DNA of 64,000 nt, taken from the NCBI GenBank assembly GCA_964016885.1, contig OZ024740.1:129828001-129892000 (forward strand), given 5' to 3'. The stretch's first letter is position 1. Each line of letters begins with the position of its first letter. The position numbers were made by a program, and so were the translations under genes. Positions 55,157-64,000 of this stretch are shown piece after piece. The DNA is from Eledone cirrhosa. Taxonomy: Eukaryota. Below the pieces are notes generated by a model, which did not search any database, was not told the DNA's origin, and worked only from the letters and a program-made list of their open reading frames with translations.

Positions 55157-57210
55157 AAAGAGGAAGGCATCAAAAGATATAAATAGACTGATTTGATGAC
55201 CCGGTCAAAAAAACAAAAAAAAACAAAAATCAAAAATCAAAACAGAACAGCAACAACGAAAAACGTAATTAAAAGAAAAATGAAAAGAAAAACAAACAGA
55301 CAGATAGAGAAGGAAGATGGAAAAAAGAAAAACTAAGTCAGATATTCAAACATTACATTACAATGAAACTTATACTTATTCTTTTGGTTTTTTTTTTTAC
55401 CTGTTTGTTTGTTTGTTTATTTATGTTCATCTACAGCGGGATAGTGCCACACTAAAATCACCGGGGGTGATGAAATGACCGGTGGTTATGTAATCATACA
55501 TTCACCAATCCTCGATAAGAGTGTTTAAATGTCGAATCTAAACAGTTCGAATAACAGTGAAGTGGAGACTGGAATGTCATGTGACAGACTCTCACCCAAC
55601 AGGTGCTCCCTAGCTCAGCAGCAGGGACCTGGCTGTCAACCGAATACGGCTGGTGCCAGAGGAAGAAGAAGGAAAGGGACCAGAATCAACTGGACGAAAG
55701 AATTAAATAGAACTGTTATACAATGTTACCTGAAGAGTAACCCCAAGGAGAAAGGCTATAGGAAACGGATGTATAACGTCTGGAACGTGATTGGTCTGTT
55801 TAAATTAGATGAACAAAAATTGGCCGGGCAGGCTCGGGTAATAAGAACTAATGGGTGGATAAACGAGCTGGAACTGGAGGAACTGAGCAGAGAGATTAGG
55901 TTGGAAATGGAGAGTGGAGTATGCCAGGCAAACGAGCCAGTGGGAAATGAAGGTGAAGAGGTTGAGAGAACGGAGGAACCATCCGAAGCAGACAATGATC
56001 TGAATGCTGAAATAAATAATACCTGGAACAGAGATAAGGCCATTGAGGAGATGAATGCTGACGGGCTAGGACAAAATTTGGCGGATATCCTAAACTTAGT
56101 GGTAGATGAATTGAACAATGATAGTGGGAAACCTATGAACCTAAGATTTGTAGACAGGAAAAAGTTAAAAGAAACAACAGCTAAGGTAAACAAAGTCATC
56201 CCATACCTTGAGGCGAGGAGCCTTCACCAGTGCAACCATATGCTCAAAGCAACAGCAATTGCGGTGAAGAAATTACTTGGCATAAAAACGAGAGGAAACA
56301 ACAAACAAGAAAGATCAGAACCTTAGTGGAAGAAACGACTGAATGGTCAAATCAGGGAAATGAGATATGGCATTGTAAAGGTTGTGTCCCTACTGAAAGG
56401 GACACTAAAAAACATAGACACTAAAAAACATAGACACTGGAAATAAAGTACAAAACTAGGAGGAAAAAGATAAACTTAATAATAGAGGAACAGAAGCAAC
56501 GCATTTTAGCAAAGAGTGCAAACTTAGGCGATAGGAGAGCAGTGTCAGTCAGTATAGACAGAACCGCATGTTTGACAACAACCAGAAGACGCTGTTTGGA
56601 CAGCTTGAAGGGAAAGAAAGAGGCAACAACTTCATCCATGAGGCGGAAAAAACTAAGACATTCCGGAGAGGAATATGGTAGCAGGATGTTAAACATAATG
56701 ACCAGACAGTGTGGATTTACACAGTACAGAAGGAGATTAGTGAACAGGCACGCCAACAAACTGATTTGAGTATCACAGTTGAACCTCTTAAGGGCAGGCC
56801 AAAAAACTAACCAACTGGAAATCACCAGGCCAAGATGGTGTGCAGGTGTATTGGATTAAAAATATAACATGCCTCCACCCGAAACTGACAACCATATCCA
56901 ATGACTGCTTGATGTCAGGTGAGGTACCGGAGTGGTTGACAAAAGGTACCTAGTTCTGGTAATGAAAGACCGAATCAAGGGTAATGATGTTACAAACTAT
57001 AGACCTATCACATGTCTGTCCCTAATGTGGAAACTGTTGACAAGCATTATGTCTGAGGAAGTCTATCATCACCTCCACACAAACAACTTGTTACCGGACG
57101 AACAGAAATGATGCCGAAAGAAGTCCCGTGGTACAAAGGACCAGTTACTTATTGATAAGATGGTAATGAGGAATTGGAAGAGGAGACACACTGGTCTTGT
57201 CATGGGGTAG
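55157..57210 (+). mobile_element. Dong/R4-like LINE 5' half, degraded
   Basis: ORF 55529-56326 is homologous to the N-terminus of the 50758 ORF; breaks off in RT at ~57210. Confidence 0.9.
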
Positions 57211-58133
57211 ATATTGCGTTGAAAACTGCAACAATTGGATTATCTACATATCTAAGGGGATCACATGATTGGATGATCAAACTTTTTTGAAACATGAACG
57301 CATCAAAAGATCATACTCCATTACAAATGATGCACAATTATACAGTAATGACCTATACATTTCAGAAGTTTCATATACTGCTGCTGAAATGAAAAACACA
57401 GAAAAAGCAAAGCAGGTAAAAGTACCTGCAAAGAAAGAACTGCTACAGAAACTGGCTAAGAAATGGCAATCCTCTGGAGGTTGGCATCATCTGGAGGTTG
57501 GCATCCTCTGGAGTGAAATCGGAGACTGAAGGACTAATTATATCAGCACAAGATCAGTGTCTGCCAACAAAAAATTACGAAGCCAACATAATATAAGATT
57601 GAAACAAACCATTATGCTGTGTATGTCAATCCTGAGGAACTTTAACATCCAAACAGACCGAAAGATAGATGCAAATAGACATGATATAATACAGAAGGGC
57701 TTTAAAAAGAGGGTATGCCTGCTAATTGATATATCCGTTCCAATAGACAAGAATCTATCTATGAAATCATCTGAAAAATTGAGCAAGTATAAGGCCCTGG
57801 AGATATAAATTGGAAAAATGTGGAAATTGACAACTAAAACAATACCAGTGGTTGTGGGCGCTCTAGGAATGATACCTAAGGGGTCTAATGATTACTTCTC
57901 GCAAATCCCAGGGAACCCGCGTATAGGAGAAATACAAAATATAGTACGAATGGGAACAGCTCATATACTAAGGAATATTCTGACAATATAAGTACATCAC
58001 ACGTCTAAACACCTAAAGATGTATGTTTGTGTGTGTACGTTCTTTCCTGAACATGGCGGACCTTGTTGTCTCTTGGTCACTGGTTGTGACTTGGTGATAA
58101 CTCGTATGAACATAAAGCAAGATAAATGCAACA
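57210..58133 (+). mobile_element. 3' fragment of a different RLE (R4/NeSL-like) LINE family
   Basis: NFNIQTDRKIDANRHDII..LLIDISVP..EKLSKYKALEI..IPVVVGALG..GTAHILR; ends at (AAT)n 58134-58144. Confidence 0.75.
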
Positions 58134-58145
58134 GTAATAATAATG

Positions 58146-61100
58146 ATTTCTTTATTGGCCACACGGGCTGACATCAAGAAAAACATCACAGACGGAACAG
58201 GACGGTACGATGTGGGTTTTGTGCGTGTAAATATTTTTATTATTTATATAAGAAAAGAAAAAAGACAGAAAACATATATATATATATATATATATAAACA
58301 ACAAAATGAAAATTGAAACAATGTAAAATTCCCCAATAGGGGGGAAACCTCCGAGGGTTACTCGTGGCGAAAACCACACAAAGGACCACGGCCACCCTGA
58401 CTACCAGGGCAAGTGCCTTCTCTCAAAGTTTCCATCTCTCAAACTACAGACGTATATTCAGAGTGGTCCCGTTCACTCTGACCATTCTCGCTACATTCAC
58501 CCACCTTTCAACAAACTTGCGAGAAAGCAGCACTTGCCTCTCCACCCTGATGTTCCTCTTCAAGTGTAACATGAAAAAGTTAATCAGGGATTCGTCGTAG
58601 AGCAAAGTGTTTGTCTTTAATCCTTTTAACCTTGTCCACCACACAATCTCTTTCGCCATGGCCACCAGGCAGATGAAAACCGCCTGCCCTTCCTCCTCAA
58701 AGGAAGACGGCGAGACCATCTGCACAATGGACTCAGTCGACTACCGGATCAGTCCCACACGTGACAGCAACTGTTCGACATAGCTCCACAAGTCAGCAAT
58801 GCTGGGGCACGGAATGAGTGCGTGCACAACGGTTTCGTCGCTATGCGCGCATCTCGGACAGGCTCGGCTGACGGCTCTTCCGTGCCTGTAGAGCTTATCT
58901 CGAACCGGCAGCGCTCTCCGGTAGCACTGCCAGGCCAGGGATTTTTGGAAGTTATCCATAGGCCCCGGGCTGAAAGTTCTCCGGAAGAGAGCAAACAGCT
59001 GATCTTCTTCGACGCCCAGGATCTCTCCGAGAACGTCGTCGCACTTCCCCTCCAGTAGTCCTCTATAGAACGCCGAGGTGGTTGTTCCACCGATACTGGT
59101 GGCCAACTGGGAGAGGGCAGTGAGCGCCTTGAAACATTCCAGTTTCCAAGCGCTATCCCTCGGTATTTTTCTGACCCAGGACTGCAGCTCCGTCAAGGAG
59201 ACGAGCTGTGGGAAAATGTGCCTGGCGAACGGCGACCACACCCGTTCACCATCAAGGAAGCACCAGAGATGTCGCAGCCTCAGCGCATGTTTGCGCATCA
59301 TCAGCCATGGCATGCACAGTCCTCCACGCAACGGGTGTTGACAGCAGAAGGATCGTCTGACCATGGGAGCGCGTCCCTTCCACAAATTGGAAGAGGAGGC
59401 GCTCAATTTTGGTGAGAGTTGGGCTGGAGCAAGGGACGACGGTGAGGCGATAGCAGATGACAGATGCGATGTACGCATTCGCCACTCCGCCCGGCCTTTC
59501 AGGGACAGCTTCCTCTCAGCCCATTTCTGGGTGAGGGAGGCCACTCTGCTCGTCACCTCGTTCCAGTTGTTCTCCATCTGGAGGTCCGGTCCGAACCAGA
59601 CCCCGAAAAATTTAACCGGTCAGTCCGTCCAACGCCCCACGACGTTGTCGGACGGCATGTACTTGCCTCTCCAGGTGCCTAGCTGCAAACACCACCGACT
59701 TTTCCTGGTTTATCTTTGCTCCTGTCACCGCTTTGTATTCCTTCAGAGTGGTGCCGAGCATCTGGACGTGTCTGGTGCTCGACACCACCACGGTGACATC
59801 GTCAGCGTAAGTCGTCTCGGATTTCCCGCATCCTAGTTCGCGTGGGACGCCCCTCATCGCCCCCAGTTTGTGCAGTAACGGCTCGAGATCCAATACGTAC
59901 AAGAAGGACGAGAGGGGACAAGCCTGGCGGACTGAGCGCATGGTGTTGAACGGCTGCGATAGGTGCCCATTCACCCTCACAACTGAGCAGATGTCGCTGT
60001 ACATTGCTGTGATCCAACGCCTGAAAACGGGCCCAAAACCGGCTACCTCGAGGACTGCTGCCAGGTACCGATGGTCGACCCGATAGAATGCTTTGGATTG
60101 ATCCAAGTTGATCAGGGCCCCACCCTTGCCAGGTTCCTTAACCACTCTCTCTATGATGTATCGCATGAGTTGGAGGTTGTCGTGTATGGATCTGTCCGGA
60201 ATGGCGCATACCTGCGACTCTCCCACCAGACCCTTGACAACAAGCGCCAACCTCGTTACTAACACCTTGGCCAAAATCCTGAACTCTGCGTTTAGCAGCG
60301 TTATGGGCCGGAAATTATCAATAACATCCCCCTTGTTCGGGTCTTTTCTCAGCAACGCCACTGCTCCCCGGCTCACACAAATAGGAATGCTCCCGTTCTG
60401 CTGACAGTTGCAGTAGACGTCTGCTAAAAGGTCACCGAACAAGTCTGGCATAAATGCATACATCTTGTAGGGCAGACAATATAAACCTGGCGATTTACCT
60501 CGTATGCAGTTAACCATCGCTTACTGTATTTCACCGGCTGTTATTGGCTTTTCGCAACACTGTGCTGCGGTCGTCGAGAGCCAAGGCAGTCCGTTGAGGT
60601 AAGCACTGAAGTCCATGCCCCGATCCGGGCCGCCGCCGCTCCCGAACAGTTCTGCAAAGTGATGCTGAAAAGCTTCACACATCCGCTCGGGTTCGAGCAT
60701 CACGCACCCGTTTTGGTCAGACAAAGACCGAATTGTGGCTTTATTGCCACGTCGCGCCTCTGCCACCCGGGTCATTGGACGGATTTTATCCCCTCATGTT
60801 TCAGAGCACGCGCTCTAGCTCTGACAACGCAGCCTTCGTGTTTTGCGTTGAAGAATTGGTCGAGTGCCAATCTCGCCGCAAGCACGTCGGTTGCGATGCC
60901 TGTCCTAAACGCCTCTTCTAGCTTTCTGACTAGCTCTCCCTCTACTCTATTTTCCTCTATCACTACTCCTTTGCTAAACCTAATCGACTCTACTTTAATT
61001 GCCCTTTTCAGGGCTAACCACCACCCGTTTTTGACGACCGCTCTCGTCAACGCCCGCTTAATTAATACGCTAATCCGGTCTCTGTAGGCCTTGCGCGCCG

Positions 61101-64000
61101 GGAAAGACGCATTCAGCTTCCAGTAACCAGGCCCTTGTCTATGAAGTCTGTCTATGTCGATCTCACAGATCACAAATTTGTGGTCTCTGTAGTCGACTAT
61201 TTTAAATTGTGGACAACTTATACTAGCCTTATCTAGTTCATTGCAGAATACCCTATCTAGATACGATCTGGAAGACACGATGCGGTTTGTCCATGTCCAC
61301 ATTGGCACATTCGGGTGATCCAGTCGTTACCTCTCAGACAGTTCAAAACGTCTGAGCAGGTTGGTGAGGCTCTTGCACCCACTTCCCATATCCACTAGCT
61401 CCACACGATCCCGGCGTGCATACAAGATACCGTTCCAGTCACCCACTAACACTTAAGAGCGGGACGTTCCTAGAAAGATCTCTAGACGTCTGAAGAAATC
61501 TGGCTGCCCTGCTCCTGTTGGGGCGTAGACGGCTACTAGCCTCAAAGCATTGCCTTCGCTGCCGGTCACGTCCAGCACCACCGACTTACCTTCCGGGTCC
61601 AGGAAAATGGTCCGTATCGCGAGATCGAAGCCTCTCCGAAAAAGGACGCAACCTCTCCCCCCGATCCTGGACGGCTGGGAGATGCGTATACATCGTAGCC
61701 GCCGAAGATCGGTGCGAATGCCCGTGCCTCGGAGATTCTGGTTTCGCTGATGGCCACCACATCTATGTTTAGTGACATGAGGTCATTGATCAGGTGACCC
61801 TGCTTCCAAAATGACCCCAGGCCACGTGCATTTATACTGCCTATTCTGAGTACAGCCATGTTGGATGAGAAACGGGGCAAATGAGAAAGTGTCACATACC
61901 TTGTTCGTGTGGTGAAGGGACAGTAGAACCGTCACTTTCGCTGGTGATGGGTGTTTCCGAGAGAATGTCAGTGTATATCCTCTTGGTAACCACCCCTCTG
62001 AAGTCTCCAACTGCGTTGGGGGATTTTCTTTTAAAGGTTTGTATTGTTCTATTGAGATTTAGATGATGCTTATGTTTGTCGGGAGAGTTCTTGGTGTTGG
62101 TGGGGTGTAGTAATTGTTTTCCGTGATGTCTGTGTGCTGCTTTATATATTTTATGAGTTCTTTTTTCGCTATGTTTATGGCTGTGTACTTTTTTTTGGGG
62201 GGGATGGGTGATTTTGTTGCCGTTTTCTTCTTGTTGCTGTTTGGTGTGTGTCTTGTGTGGTGGTGTTGCTGCAAGTTTCCTTGCTGCCTTTACCCCTCTT
62301 TGTATGCTTTCGCTTTTGGAGGGTGAATCTAAGGGTTTTTTGTTTTTTGTTTTTTGTGGCAGACTGTTTGCCACGTAACTCCCGCCTCAAACTCCATGTC
62401 GGATTCTGTGGCGTCTGGAAGGGGTATGTTCTCCACGGCTGTTGGTGGTGGTAGTGGAGCCCTCTTCGGCAATGTTGTTGCTGGTGTAGCTATTTTAAAT
62501 GTAGCCATTGGTGTTGCCGCTACTGATGATGCTGCTTTAGTTATCCGTGGCCTTGGTACGGGTGCTACGGGCGTTGCCCTCCTACTCACCGTGGAAGGGG
62601 CTTCTTCGTTTGCTGCCTGTCCTGCTCTTAGTAGCAGCCGACCAGGTATTGGAAGGAGAGGGGCCCTCTTCGGTTTCTTCTGCGGGCCAAAGGCCCTGAG
62701 GTGACCTTTCGACCCACAGAAATAACATTTTGGCCGTCTTCCTTCTACACTTATTGGGAGTTGGAGTCCTACCTCGAAGTCTATGATATCGGGGATAGCC
62801 TCGATACATTCCTGGTCAGTTTGTATAAGCATTTGCATGCCTATACCTGACCAGTTCTCTCTCCCTATTTTTTCTACTTGCAGCATGATCGCACTGTTCT
62901 CAATTCCAGCAAGGACAGACGCGGCCAGCAAAGGTATGGGCACGTCGAGTGGGACCTGGGTCACTTTGACCCTCACAATTTTCTGCCCGCAGTAGGAGGG
63001 CACCAAGACTAACTCCTCACTCTTGAGGGTTTCCAAAGAGTGAGACTTTGCTTCCTGGTGGGTGGCGAAAAGTACGTGTACTGTGGCGTACTTTCTGCCT
63101 CGGGTGATGTGGGTTTTGCGTGCCCAGACGCACCCCAAGGCCTTTTGGATTTGAGCCTCCCTGGCTCTCTTCACTCGATGTGAGATTTTGCTTACGGTGC
63201 GGTAAGTCACCGTCCGTATCTGCTGGCCCTTGAAAAACGCGGGTGGAGGTTTCACGGAAACTCTATTTGCGCTTCTTGTCACCATGGCCCTTGCGACTGC
63301 CATCTCCTCCTCTGTGACTAACACTGTCTCGATATTTCGGGCGACACCTGCAAAATAAGTGGTCCCTTTTTCAGCAGCACCACTATTGCTGCCACTACTG
63401 GTCTTACTGGTGTTGCTGAAATCGCTATTACAGGAATCGATGTCATTGTTGTTCTTTTCGCTGGTACAGTTGTTGGTGTTGTTTTCGTTGATACTGTTGC
63501 TGCTGTTACTGTTATTGTGGCTGTTGTTATTATTGTTGTTTTTGTTGATACTGTTCCTACTATTATTGTTGTTGTGGCAGTTGTTATTGTCAATGTTATT
63601 GTCGTTCTCGACCTTACCGCTGTTATTTTTGTTATTGTCGTTCTCAACCTTACCGCTGTTATCTTTGTTATTGTCGTTCTCGACTTTACCGCTGTTATTT
63701 TTGGTGTTGTTGTTGGTGATGTTGTTGGTGTTATTGTTGGTGTTGTTTGTGTTAGAAATATTTGGTAATTGTAAATCTGTAACCATCTTTTTTTCCTTTG
63801 TAATATTTTAGTTTATATTTACCTCCGCTGGAATGCTGTCTTGTTGACATGCTGATAAACTCTCCCTGTCTCTGGGTTGTCTGACAGCGCTCTCTCTCTT
63901 TTTTGTGTTATACATGTTGACATTTTTCCAAAAAATATTTTTACACAAATACGAATACAACACCCCGTAAAGGGGTGCCGTATTATTTACTAGTGAATCC
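58146..64000 (-). mobile_element. Second Tx1/L1-clade retrotransposon, degraded, 5' end near or beyond the window edge
   Basis: ORF1 63786-~61892 (Asn-rich N-terminus, CYFCGSKGH zinc-knuckle-like); ORF2 from 61859 with APE, RT (YADD) and zf-RVT; many frameshifts. Confidence 0.9.

Noticed and set aside
63359-63811. Poly-Leu/Val membrane-protein-like ORFs on +
   Set aside because: Antisense of the Asn-rich Tx1 ORF1.

Overview
Eukaryotic, AT-rich, gene-poor repeat DNA. It is most likely from an octopus/cephalopod genome, judged from my recollection of the tRNA-derived SINE family, the abundant Dong/R4-like LINEs and the extreme (TA)n content; no search was run. No host protein-coding gene is supported, and nearly all listed ORFs are microsatellite read-through or TE fragments. 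From ~1.8 to 43.9 kb the (TA)n tracts host many non-coding repeat families that carry type I hammerhead ribozyme (HHR) motifs (CUGANGA...GAAA...NUH), some intact and some decayed. They occur as tandem multimers (310-bp and 467-bp units) and as fold-backs. In every fold-back with a recognisable HHR, the left arm reads on - and the right arm on +, so the 3' ends point outward into the microsatellite. Three Penelope-like element (PLE) remnants (RT/GIY-YIG) sit among them, two with the same inverted HHR-bearing termini. The best candidate for an undescribed system is therefore a multi-family retrozyme/circular-RNA-like mobilome probably mobilised by PLEs. From ~43.9 to 64 kb there is a pile-up of (AAT)n-associated non-LTR retrotransposons: Dong/R4-like RLE elements on + (one nearly intact) and two Tx1/L1-clade elements on -. 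SINEs, two non-autonomous Helitrons and a CR1-group fragment are also present. Coordinates were read by eye and element boundaries are approximate.
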